A stretch of DNA of 64,000 nucleotides from Planctomycetota bacterium (GTDB lineage: Bacteria > Planctomycetota > Phycisphaerae > Sedimentisphaerales > Anaerobacaceae): positions 60,438-124,437 of the forward strand of contig VRUL01000008.1 of NCBI GenBank assembly GCA_019456145.1, given 5' to 3'. Position 1 is the stretch's first letter. Each line of letters starts with the position of its first letter. The translations under genes and the position numbers were made by a program. Under the pieces are notes generated by a model that was not told where the DNA came from, searched no databases, and saw only the letters and a program-made list of their open reading frames with translations. Below are positions 56,001 through 64,000 of this stretch, piece by piece.

Positions 56001-56909
56001 GAATTTGTCACCGGGCTTGACCATTGAGAAATAGATTTTTTTCCCGTCCCAGGAGACCGAAGGGGCGCCGATGAGGCCTGTCTGTGCATCGTGTAATAGC
56101 GTGACTAGTCCATCCGGGTTTGCCGGAGCGAGCTTGTAGAGCTTTCGGCCAAGGGCCGGTGGACAGGCGGCATCATGTTCGAAATAGGCCCGCGAGCCGA
56201 GTACCGAAACGGTGAAGTTGGCCGGTTCGGTCAGGGGAACATGATCCCCGATGAAAACGACGGCTTCGGGCCATTTGAAGTCGGGACCGATTTCCATCCA
56301 TGAAAGCATGGAAATGCTCATCGGGCTGACCGGGCCGGGGTAGGTCACCTTGGCCCATGGGCCTTTGCCCATAGGGTGTAGAGCAAGGGCATTAGGCCAT
56401 TGGCTGCTGTCGTAATCAACCTGGTTCCAGTTATCGTCGAAGGTTTTACGTCCGGGCCAGGTCTTGTCGGTGTAGAACTCGAGAGGTTGTTGGTTTTCAG
56501 TCTCGATGCGGACTGCAATGACAAGGCCAGCCGAACCACCGAGTGATTTGGCACGTGCGGCCACGACATTTATCCCGGGTCTTAGAAGCCCGGTGATATC
56601 ATAGCGTTCGACGGATTGCCAGTAAATAGCGTCAGAGCCGCCGTCTTCGCCAACATATTTGCCGTTTACGTATAGTTCATAGACATTGTCGGCGGTGACA
56701 AGAACAACGGCCGATGTGACTTTGGCCTTGAACTCGAAAGTCTTGCGGGTGTAACATTCCCATTCGCCAATGGCGGCCGGGGAAGGGGATGTCCATATCC
56801 AGTGGGCCCTGGCCAAATCGGGATTATGTTCCTGGCCAAAGGAATTGGCTGCGATTAATAGATGAACGATTATCAGAACAGCAAACGACAGGTGGTTTCC
56901 TTTTTGCAT
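53070..56909 (-). CDS. Secreted multidomain protein: rhamnosidase-N/GH2-like sugar-binding module + PD40-like propeller + one CxxCH + C-terminal HEAT (PBS-lyase-type) repeats
   Basis: Has a signal peptide and AHWIWTS...ADNVYELYVNGKYVG...GINVVAAR. The propeller segment is homologous to the two neighbours (SIGSDGSNLTQLS, HHIRPDGTG). Has CIGCH. HEAT-like repeats are present (VRTNAALALAACGNRSAIKPLLNALDD and others). It overlaps the convergent gene end by 7 nt. Confidence 0.8.
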   Translation of the reverse strand: MQKGNHLSFAVLIIVHLLIAANSFGQEHNPDLARAHWIWTSPSPAAIGEWECYTRKTFEFKAKVTSAVVLVTADNVYELYVNGKYVGEDGGSDAIYWQSVERYDITGLLRPGINVVAARAKSLGGSAGLVIAVRIETENQQPLEFYTDKTWPGRKTFDDNWNQVDYDSSQWPNALALHPMGKGPWAKVTYPGPVSPMSISMLSWMEIGPDFKWPEAVVFIGDHVPLTEPANFTVSVLGSRAYFEHDAACPPALGRKLYKLAPANPDGLVTLLHDAQTGLIGAPSVSWDGKKIYFSMVKPGDKFFHVYSIGSDGSNLTQLSHGSYHDYEPAQLPDGRIMFCSTRLGSRDEYHGNFASAIFSMNSDGSNITPITQHIVADHEPKVTAHGTIALVRCDNFFERAKVETRIHHIRPDGTGGMAILGPDRSAIGFDPAFAAERNSAWLRQNGFGSVAPLADGRIAALCQNGVVTSGLFDSGASQFEKAPVGFVPFDISPLPDGRLLCTGPGRSWIGIIDLKSGKTAKILAFDKIHSPVYMGPRPKPPILASQLPAGNQDRFPKTGLLLCQSVFNTKQTNADISRIKAVRIVRGKPFALRSAKHRFAHIGVEGVELGTVPLAPDGSFYVEVPADVALSIQAIDAEGRSVINETSWIYVRPGERLSCIGCHNHRTFTPRPSAMPLAARFKPFKLLAQGSPHRYRANNAGNGGILNLQFDRFREAAAITLFGVTPIPDGSLNRSADIVQLSKQLESGDIPERISAAQSLALLRDRSSVAALVKALKDSSPQVRTNAALALAACGNRSAIKPLLNALDDQNVFTAQSANIALENLTAHSVGFNPFVGNSNANRWREYFIQNNWATIESRLTKALLSNDSTAQFDAARAIGHVGSEDGKAALRAFITKYPDAPLRTIMAAIRSLGYLRDTEAIPLLTKIFHENMTKDPGKAPDLHELGWLQKPVYLTATAAEALGRIGTHDAVQPLVQSMPSLLDFWKYTFWCGDHSWLMGCNSSPIHYRILEALDRTKTEDIDPIVPTILKSIPIDTDRALLYETDSYENLAARVIARSNLAPEILKACLCVLEDPNSKSVGNLKEAVTASPPAISVLPQDPQSRAAQIASIICLDKAYATRFRKVLNQYRAMPPSRHRSWVCFFLTRLLGKLGDHESIDTLIASLQADAREASFGYETPPNVFVYKAMTPFYRAAAADALGRINNPRATSVLIETLTDFDNAVSVRNAAANALLALSKYVPTEQLRAIAETYPEITTGRLLMQACRQAEFSTLSAPY

Positions 56910-56951
56910 ACTTTTCCTTAATGCAGCTACAAAGCTTGTCTATCGACTCGA

Positions 56952-59900
56952 TCATTGTACTGCTATTCTATCAGGACCGGGGCCGGATATGGCTTGCAGG
57001 CTCCGGCACTTGCCCGGGATTATCTCGGCCCCGGGCATGTCAACGCGCGGGGTCTTGAGAGCATTTTGGCGAGTCTGTTGAATTATTTTCAGCATGGCCT
57101 GATATGACACATCTGTAGTATCGGCAAATGATGTCACTACCTGCCCGCCTGGATCCGGTGCCGGCCTCTTTGACGGGCGAAAAACATCCGGTGGTTGGTG
57201 GCTCTGGTTTACCAGTCCAATATCGAGGCGGCGGGCCTTGCGATCGCGGCACCAGCCCAGGCCAAGCCCTTTGTCACTACTTGCCAGTGGTGCGCGCAGG
57301 ATCCGGCTGCGCCGGGGGGTCCGAAGGTTTATCCAGTCGTTGCCTACTCCCTCCTGATGACAATTGACACAGCCTGCTTTTTTCATTTCTGCTACCAGGC
57401 CCTTACCCGCCGAGTTTATTACATTGCACGTTGCGTATGGAGAGTAGTCCCACGTACCATAGTAATTGCAGTTCCCGTCCATCCACGCCATAATCAAGTC
57501 GATTTCCTTTTGGGTCATTTCCTTTATCCGGCCGTTGTGACCGCTGAAGAGCAGATCCGTCAATGGTGCGGCACCGGAACCGTGTGTTCGCGGATCAAGT
57601 AGTTCGGTCGTCCGCACAGAGGAATTGTGACAATTAAGGAACCCGGTTAGAGTGTTCTTGATCAGGGTTTCGTAGCTGATGTTGAATGCCCAGGTCCATC
57701 CGCCGGTCAGATCAATCCCGCCCTCGATTCCCTTATTGCCTCCGTGACAACTGACGCAGTGCCGGTCCAATACGGGCTGTATCATGGTTGGGTAGTCAAT
57801 AAATCCCATACCCCATGATTCGGCCTTGAGCCTGGCAGGTGTTTTCTCCAGCGCCGAGTCAAGTCCGCCCAGGTTCCGGGGCGCTGCATTGTCCTCTTTG
57901 ATGTGACAGCCTGTGCACGATCTTGTTACTCCGGCTACCGACTGGAGGAAGGTCCGCTGGCTCTGGAGCATTTTCCCCCGGCCGTCCAGCGCCTGGAAGT
58001 AAAGTGCCATCCCCACCGGCGCCTCGAAGAAAACTGAGCCGTCTTCTTCGACAGGTACGACACCAAGGAACCGCTTTATGTCATAGGCACCCTGCCAACT
58101 CGCCAGAAAGGCCTGATTCCACCAACGTCCACCGCCTGGAATTCCACTTACGCGGGATGTTGTTTCTATTACGCGCAGCCATTTTACTTCGCCCCGTTTG
58201 ACGCCGTCCATTCCCTCGTAGATGTCGTGAACCATGAACTTGCCCGGAGCGCCGGGCCTGATCATCGAAGGCTTCACAGGAGGTTTCTTGCGAGGCTTGA
58301 TGAGCATTGGAGAATAGAGGGTAATACCGGGCGACCTGTGGATGATGGTGCGAAATCCGCCCCTTGTGATAAGCTCGATCACACCGTGTTTGCCGTGTTT
58401 CGAATCATTATTGGCTATTAGTAAAACGTCTTGAGATACCGGCCAGGGATCGCAGGCTCCACGTCTTAGGCCCTGGTCCATCTCTTTAGGATATTCCGGA
58501 GTAAAATTAGTCATGGCATCGAGGTTGTTCTTACTCACCATCGGATCAATCATCGCGATTGCGCCCACAGCCTGACCGTTGTGCGGCGTCAGCGAGGTGA
58601 CTATCAGCCGGCTCCCGGGTACCGGACGGGCATCCAGCAGTGCCGTCGGTTTGGCCATGTTATTGGCAAACAACGCCGACTCGTTGCTGCCGTCCGGATT
58701 CACCGTCCACAGGCTCTGCAGATACAGGGCCGTTTTGTCAACGTATTCCCAGCGGCCGTACAGGACGCGCCCGTCTGGCAGGACGGCCGGGTCAAATTCA
58801 TTCTGGACATTGACAGAGATGCACTGGATATCGCTGCCGTCGGCGTTCATGGTATGCAGCGTATCGATATAGCTGCTAAAACACATCACATGTCCGCCGG
58901 TACGGGTACTCGTAAAGACGATTCTTCCGCTGGGAAGATAGCTGGGAGAGATGTCGTGGTGCCCATCTCCTATCAATCCTTTCTGTGGCTTGAGACCGCT
59001 GCAGTCACTGCTCGGATGGGTAATCCTTCTGAGTCCTTTCCCATCGACCCCAATCTCGTAAATACTTGTATCGCCTTTTTCCTGTCCTTTGAAAGCAAAC
59101 AACACTCGCCTGCCGTCATAGGAAATATCCGGTTCACGATAAACACCCTCACCGAGAGTTTGCCTGGTCGTCGGATCAATCACCGGTCGAACAACCTGTT
59201 GATCAATCGGTGCCGCCGGATTCTCAATTACATATATCCCTCCGCCCGGGTGCCAGCAAAAGTAGTCATCATAGATGTGGCCGGACCAGTATTCGTGACG
59301 CTTGACGAAAAGCAGCGGGGCATCGAGGGTTTTCAAGTAGATTTTCCGGGCAAACGCTGCGAATTGCTCGGCCTTGCCCAGTTCTTCGGCAGAGCATGAT
59401 TGAAGCCCCTTATGTATCTGGTCAAAGGATTTCTCGTAGTCTGTAAGCTTGGCAAGCTGGGCGGTTGATGACGGAGAACTTTCCAGTATACCTCTTAGCT
59501 CAGCTATGACACTTTTGCTAAAGCGGGCCCTGGCCTTATTGCATCGCATCCGCAACTCATATCCTGTTCCATCCCGTACCTCGAACACAACCTTGCCGCG
59601 GTTTTCCGCGGTGTGGTTGATTCCGACTAAAGATTTGAATCGTGTGTACTTCTTTCCCAGCCGATAAACTACCCGGCTGTCGGCATGCGCAAAAAGACCA
59701 TGTGCGAATTCGCGGCCGGCAACCTTGAGTTTATGACCGTCGGGCCCCTTGCTGAGAGAAAATGTCCCCCACCCCACCTTCACCGACAGCGGTGTAAGAT
59801 CGACAAGCCGCGTTTGTTTGCCGTCTTTGCCCTGGAGCATAGCCTCTGCCCAGACTGCCTGGCCCCAGGAATATCCCGTAACAACAAGCTCAAGCGTATC

Positions 59901-60083
59901 AACGCCGGTTACATCCGCCGAAATCTCTATTGCAGCTTCCCCTCCTTGAATCTCTTTGCTCTTTGCCAGGTATGCAGCCTCTGCCGCCATAGCGCTGCCG
60001 CCAAAGGCAACCGCCAAAGCGATTTGTATTGTTAGTCTTCGTATCATAATGTTCCCTCGGTTTTGTTGTGTTCCTTTATGCAC
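56952..60083 (-). CDS. Secreted multidomain protein: NPCBM-like N-terminus + PD40-like propeller + three CxxCH motifs
   Basis: The likely start is M at 60047 (MIRRLTIQIALAVAFGGSAMA). The NPCBM-like segment reads VGWGTFSLSKGPDG..LKVAGREFAHGLFAHADSRVVYRLGKKYTRFKSLVGIN..GKVVFEV. Has RWEYVDKTALYLQSLWTVNPDGSN and the motifs CTGCH, CVSCH, CVNCH. Confidence 0.8.
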   Translation of the reverse strand: MHKGTQQNRGNIMIRRLTIQIALAVAFGGSAMAAEAAYLAKSKEIQGGEAAIEISADVTGVDTLELVVTGYSWGQAVWAEAMLQGKDGKQTRLVDLTPLSVKVGWGTFSLSKGPDGHKLKVAGREFAHGLFAHADSRVVYRLGKKYTRFKSLVGINHTAENRGKVVFEVRDGTGYELRMRCNKARARFSKSVIAELRGILESSPSSTAQLAKLTDYEKSFDQIHKGLQSCSAEELGKAEQFAAFARKIYLKTLDAPLLFVKRHEYWSGHIYDDYFCWHPGGGIYVIENPAAPIDQQVVRPVIDPTTRQTLGEGVYREPDISYDGRRVLFAFKGQEKGDTSIYEIGVDGKGLRRITHPSSDCSGLKPQKGLIGDGHHDISPSYLPSGRIVFTSTRTGGHVMCFSSYIDTLHTMNADGSDIQCISVNVQNEFDPAVLPDGRVLYGRWEYVDKTALYLQSLWTVNPDGSNESALFANNMAKPTALLDARPVPGSRLIVTSLTPHNGQAVGAIAMIDPMVSKNNLDAMTNFTPEYPKEMDQGLRRGACDPWPVSQDVLLIANNDSKHGKHGVIELITRGGFRTIIHRSPGITLYSPMLIKPRKKPPVKPSMIRPGAPGKFMVHDIYEGMDGVKRGEVKWLRVIETTSRVSGIPGGGRWWNQAFLASWQGAYDIKRFLGVVPVEEDGSVFFEAPVGMALYFQALDGRGKMLQSQRTFLQSVAGVTRSCTGCHIKEDNAAPRNLGGLDSALEKTPARLKAESWGMGFIDYPTMIQPVLDRHCVSCHGGNKGIEGGIDLTGGWTWAFNISYETLIKNTLTGFLNCHNSSVRTTELLDPRTHGSGAAPLTDLLFSGHNGRIKEMTQKEIDLIMAWMDGNCNYYGTWDYSPYATCNVINSAGKGLVAEMKKAGCVNCHQEGVGNDWINLRTPRRSRILRAPLASSDKGLGLGWCRDRKARRLDIGLVNQSHQPPDVFRPSKRPAPDPGGQVVTSFADTTDVSYQAMLKIIQQTRQNALKTPRVDMPGAEIIPGKCRSLQAISGPGPDRIAVQ

Positions 60084-60449
60084 GATTTCCCTTTGCCATT
60101 GATTTCAATGCGTTCCTCCAAATTCACCTCCCAAATAATACCAGAGATTCCTTAAAAGTGCAAGCTTTCCTGCCAATTTCGCCAAATGCTTTTGCCAAAA
60201 CCGCGTTAAACCTGCGACCTTTTATCAGGATAGTTAACATGTCAACTCTTTTAAAAATGCGGTTAGAGAAAGGTTTTTGACCGATTTATCAATATTATAA
60301 TCAATCGCAGCCTGCAACAAAACTGATATGGAACGACCGTTGTCAAGTGAACAGGGCTAAGCGTTCGAGATTTTTTGGGCAAGGCCGGCGGCAGAGCGTG
60401 GCGACCGGTCCGAGTTTGTACACAAAAGACCTGCTTACATTACTATTTT

Positions 60450-62087
60450 CTATTTGTAAAGAATAGGTTTTTTGCGCCAGTCTTTATCGGCATCATGTCC
60501 ATATTCCCGTACGCGCGGCCGACGCTTTCGCAAACGCACCGACTCGATTCCGATGTAGTAGCCTGTCGACCTGGAATTTTTATCAACGCATTCCAGGCGA
60601 AGCGTATACTTTCCCGGGTCCGGCCAGAAGTCCAGCAGGTGATGCTCGCGACTGCTGATTTTCTCACTGTAAAGGTCCATCACGTCACCAAGCTTAACAC
60701 CATTTAAGTACGCCTGATACCTGCCGAAGTCATATGAGTGAGTCATCATAAGCAACAGGCGGAGCGGCTCTTTTTTCTTAATCTCGAAAGGAATTTCAAG
60801 CCAGGCATCTTCAGCGCTCTGCGGCGTATATAATAACTGTTTTTTCGTATAGAGCCCAAGCTGCTGTGTTACGGCATTGGCCGGGCCGTGATACTTCTTG
60901 CCCGTGAAATCCCGGGCATAGATAATATCGTCGAGATTGGGTAACGTGCGGTCTTTGGCATGGGGGGCGCGGGCTTTGAAAGTCGGTTTACCGCTCTGGT
61001 ACCAGAATGCCACGCTGGAGTAATCATCCTCGCGCTCATTCCAGCTATGGCTCTTATATTCGGGATTCTCATCAGGCGACATCCAGCCGAAGTGCTCGAT
61101 GGTGAACCGTATGCTTTTGCTAAAGACAATCGGGTCGTTAATGTGCCAGCGATAAGCGCTTGTATGGCCGCCTACGATACCCCACTGGTCGAAGTATGGT
61201 GTGCCGAAGTATGGGGTGCTGGTGGTCTTCAGTCCCCAGGCCGACAAAAAATAGTCCTCCGTACCGGTCCCCCAGATGGAGGCATTCTTTTCACCGTCGA
61301 TATAGATTTTCTCATCGCCTTCTCCGAACCACGCAGGGCTGCGTGTCCGCACACTCAATACAGTCCCGACATAATGGCCCCTGCCTTTGGTTTCAAGGAT
61401 CAGGTAGTCCTTGCCTTTGGCAGCAGGATATTCCTGGCGATATTGCGCATAAAAGTAAGGCGTATCTTTGGGGAGGCTTTCCTTTTTGATCCAGTCAATG
61501 TTATAGTAGAGCAGGCTGATGGGTTTTTCGCTCTGGTTGACGATTTCTATTTTGGCGCCCCTGCGGAACGGCATGTGCCAGAAGCAGTTATAGGAGTCGG
61601 CATCTTCGACGACAACCGGCAGGCTGATGACCTCGCTGCGTTTGCCGAAGCTGTTGGCGAAAAAATCACCTACCGGTGCTTCGACTGCCGGGCGTTTGCC
61701 TGCATCCCAGTACATGCGCAGGAGCATTTCCTGATGATTGGCAGAACCGTTCCTGGCCCAGGAGTGGGGCTCGGGGCCTAAAAACGTCATCCAGATATGT
61801 GTGATGACGCCGGGTCCCTTGACATCCATCAACACCTTCGTTTGGCCCGGCTGGACGGACTTGTTGTCCCAGTTACTATTGGGATCGGGTTTTCCTTTTG
61901 GGTCAAACTTACCGTCGGCGCCGATCTTGTGCGTCGAGGTTTCCCGCATACTCCGTCCCTGATGGGGCCGGGCAAGGTCGGCTAAAAAGTCCGCGGGCAA
62001 ACTTTGTGACAACCATAAACAAAGTAAAAGACTAAACACAGCCGGTGAGCGTTTTTTCATTGCGGTTCGTGTACAACTTTTAATCAT
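60450..62087 (-). CDS. DUF2961 / GH172-family glycoside hydrolase, secreted
   Basis: YYNIDW and GTGTEDYF are motifs I associate with DUF2961. Has a signal peptide (alternative start at 62060, MKKRSPAVFSLLLCLWLSQS). 545 aa. Confidence 0.7.
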   Translation of the reverse strand: MIKSCTRTAMKKRSPAVFSLLLCLWLSQSLPADFLADLARPHQGRSMRETSTHKIGADGKFDPKGKPDPNSNWDNKSVQPGQTKVLMDVKGPGVITHIWMTFLGPEPHSWARNGSANHQEMLLRMYWDAGKRPAVEAPVGDFFANSFGKRSEVISLPVVVEDADSYNCFWHMPFRRGAKIEIVNQSEKPISLLYYNIDWIKKESLPKDTPYFYAQYRQEYPAAKGKDYLILETKGRGHYVGTVLSVRTRSPAWFGEGDEKIYIDGEKNASIWGTGTEDYFLSAWGLKTTSTPYFGTPYFDQWGIVGGHTSAYRWHINDPIVFSKSIRFTIEHFGWMSPDENPEYKSHSWNEREDDYSSVAFWYQSGKPTFKARAPHAKDRTLPNLDDIIYARDFTGKKYHGPANAVTQQLGLYTKKQLLYTPQSAEDAWLEIPFEIKKKEPLRLLLMMTHSYDFGRYQAYLNGVKLGDVMDLYSEKISSREHHLLDFWPDPGKYTLRLECVDKNSRSTGYYIGIESVRLRKRRPRVREYGHDADKDWRKKPILYK

Positions 62088-62136
62088 TTGTTTAACTTAT
62101 CAGCGCTAAATTAGCAGAAAATACCGGCTTAAATTA

Positions 62137-64000
62137 TCAACGCCAGATGGAGCGCAGTTCCCAAACGTCCAGCGTTTCTATATCTGTTGTACTACCATCG
62201 CTGAAGAGCTTGACCGACTTGTCGTCTTTGGGGAGGATGCCGCCGATGGGCATATACAGCCGTCCTCCGTTGGCGAAGATTTCAATGCTGTTGCGATCCA
62301 CTAACAGTTCCAGGTCGATCTTGCCGTTGACCGGTTCAAGCGCCGCCTTCCTGTCCCGGCAGGCCAGTTGGGCCTTGCCGGGATTGTACGTTACGCGGGT
62401 GCCTCGAATCACAAAGCCGAATTCCTTTGCATCGCCGACAAGGAACCGGGCCTTGATACGGAACAGCTCCCCCGAGAGTTTTGACAACTGTTTTTCGCCT
62501 GCTTGAACAGTCATTTTTTCCCACGTCTGTTTTGACCCGTGGATATTTTCGATTTCGCGGACCGGCTCGGCAAACATGCGTATCCCTTCGTCGGTTGTTT
62601 GCAGCGTCAGCTCTACGGGAAAGAGTATGCACTGATTGAACGGCATGCCGGGCGTGGCGATCCGGCCCCAGGCCATCTGAATCCGCCGACCGTCACTTTT
62701 CGGCATATCGCTGAACGTCTGTGACGCATAGAAGCAGTTGCCGTGCTGGAAGCGAACCGCCTCGCCCTGAGGCTTGAACTCTTTGCCGTCAAAATCGCCA
62801 ATCAAATAATCACCGGCGCCGCCGTAAAGAATCCATCGCTTATTGTCCTTGTCGCCGTTGACCGGAAGCTCGAATAACTCAGGACATTCATGGAAACACT
62901 TCAGCTCGCTGTGTTTCGTCCAGGACTTCAAATCGGACGAGCTGAAAAAGGCCATCATACCGCCATCCATATACAGCACCATCACCCAGCGTCCGGTCGG
63001 TTTGTGCCAGATTACCTTCGGGTCCCTGTTGCTCCCGTTGATATGTCCGAGTACGGGATTTTTTTCATAGACGGTCCACGTTCGGCCGCGGTCGTTGCTG
63101 TAGGCGATAGACTGCGTGAAAGGCTCACCGCGCGACCAGGAGTTAGTACCACCGGCCGAGGTATAAATACAGACGATGACCTTTTCGTCACCGGTCTGCC
63201 AGCCCGCGGTGTTGTTCTCGTCCACGACCGCCGAGCCGGAGAAAATCGTCCCCAGATGGTCGGGATGAATCGCATCGCCAAGCTCCTTCCAGTGCACCAT
63301 GTCCTTACTGACCGTGTGGCCCCATGTCATGTTGCCCCAGTTCCAGCCGTATGGGTTATGCTGCCAGAACATATGGTACTCTCCATCGTAGTAAACCATC
63401 CCGTTGGTGTCGTTGTTCCAGCCCCGCCGTGATGAGAAATGGAACTGCTGCCGGTTCTTCTCGCGGTAGAAGGTCTTGGCCTCTTTGATGGCATCGTCCT
63501 GATAGATAAGCTCGAACGCCCGAGACTTCCGCCCCAGTGAGTTGACCCGCAGTTCGGCCTGTTTCCCGCCGAACTCACCTATATCCAAAGAGACCCAATA
63601 GTCGGGCTCATCGTCGGCCAGCTCAATTTCGAACTGACGTACGATCTTCCCATCGATCAACACATCCATACGCCGTCTGGCTGCGCCGTGTTTGACAGGC
63701 ATATTGAGATACCGCTTTGTAAACCGCATCGTATGGTCTTTCTCCACAGCCACTTTCTTATTGCTCTGGAAGATGTGATCGATGTTAATGTGTCCCCATC
63801 CGCCTTCCTGCTTATCGACGATCTCAATGCGGACCGTTTTGCCCATCAGGTTCGAGACGTCCCAGCTCCACCAGTTTAGCGCTTCGTTGCCGCCGGGCCG
63901 ATCATTGGGGCCCGTGGCGGTTCGGGCGGCTTTGCCGTCCAGCAGAAGATTGATGCAGGCCTTGCCCGGATGCATGCCTCCGCCGATCAGAAAGTTGATG
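62137..64000 (-). CDS. GH32 glycoside hydrolase (levanase/inulinase/invertase family) with N-terminal lectin-like module; 5' end beyond the window
   Basis: Has WNNDTNGMVYYDGEYHMFWQHNP (WMNDPNG-type nucleophile motif), NRDPKVIW (RDP) and FHECPELF (EC). The frame stays open upstream of the track's Met (..INFLIGGGMHPGK) to base 64000. Confidence 0.9.
   Translation of the reverse strand, partial: INFLIGGGMHPGKACINLLLDGKAARTATGPNDRPGGNEALNWWSWDVSNLMGKTVRIEIVDKQEGGWGHINIDHIFQSNKKVAVEKDHTMRFTKRYLNMPVKHGAARRRMDVLIDGKIVRQFEIELADDEPDYWVSLDIGEFGGKQAELRVNSLGRKSRAFELIYQDDAIKEAKTFYREKNRQQFHFSSRRGWNNDTNGMVYYDGEYHMFWQHNPYGWNWGNMTWGHTVSKDMVHWKELGDAIHPDHLGTIFSGSAVVDENNTAGWQTGDEKVIVCIYTSAGGTNSWSRGEPFTQSIAYSNDRGRTWTVYEKNPVLGHINGSNRDPKVIWHKPTGRWVMVLYMDGGMMAFFSSSDLKSWTKHSELKCFHECPELFELPVNGDKDNKRWILYGGAGDYLIGDFDGKEFKPQGEAVRFQHGNCFYASQTFSDMPKSDGRRIQMAWGRIATPGMPFNQCILFPVELTLQTTDEGIRMFAEPVREIENIHGSKQTWEKMTVQAGEKQLSKLSGELFRIKARFLVGDAKEFGFVIRGTRVTYNPGKAQLACRDRKAALEPVNGKIDLELLVDRNSIEIFANGGRLYMPIGGILPKDDKSVKLFSDGSTTDIETLDVWELRSIWR

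Noticed and set aside
50125-60083. Interpreting the propeller + CxxCH giants as hydrazine-synthase-like (anammox) enzymes.
   Set aside because: There are no hzsB/hzsC, hdh or other anammox genes. The carbohydrate-binding-like heads and the GH neighbours argue for a glycan-related role. Any resemblance to the HzsA middle domain would be fold-level only.

Overview
This is a 64-kb chromosomal window of roughly 50-55% GC by eye, with two clearly AT-rich patches. It looks like a PVC-superphylum genome (Planctomycetota/Phycisphaerae-like). I infer this from:
- a DUF1559-type pseudopilin with an H-X9-DG tail
- a Tat-signal Gfo/Idh/MocA oxidoreductase and a sulfatase
- GEVED-repeat and choice-of-anchor-Q beta-helix exoproteins
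- ECF sigma factors paired or fused with kinase and membrane domains
- giant beta-propeller proteins with CxxCH motifs

Left third (1-16.6 kb):
- a partial NRAMP transporter
- a 7-gene sugar-acid operon: UxaE-like epimerase, SDR, Fe-ADH, YjhG/YagF-like pentonate dehydratase, YjhH-like aldolase, FGGY kinase, and an unknown protein
- a class II aldolase plus HAD phosphatase
- a divergent KARI-like gene
- an orphan radical SAM gene
- a Tat oxidoreductase

Inverted repeats and their cargo: two ~520-bp copies of a composite intergenic repeat lie in inverted orientation at 16.86-17.38 kb and 49.37-49.90 kb. AT-rich, apparently acquired cargo sits immediately inside each copy.
- Left cargo: an IS1595 transposase remnant, a 246-aa unknown + PIN nuclease pair, and a DNA methyltransferase fused to an Mrr-like nuclease domain.
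- Right cargo: a 90-aa unknown + short dCTP-deaminase-like pair behind a near-consensus promoter.

These two modules are my best candidates for an undescribed defence or TA-like system.

Between the repeats:
- a BNR propeller protein
- a module of ECF sigma, a zinc-finger anti-sigma::Ser/Thr kinase::polytopic membrane fusion, and a duplicated lipoprotein
- GH13, DPP-IV, NamZ, sulfatase and MltA
- a 4x GEVED-repeat exoprotein
- an operon of membrane-tethered sigma fusion, beta-helix protein and pseudopilin

Right end (50-64 kb): three paralogous 983-1279-aa proteins sit next to GH172 and GH32 genes. Each has a different carbohydrate-binding-like N-terminus, a TolB-like propeller and CxxCH motifs.

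I saw no rRNA, tRNA or CRISPR array. All similarity statements come from motif recognition by eye, not database searches. Repeat boundaries are approximate (+-10-20 bp).
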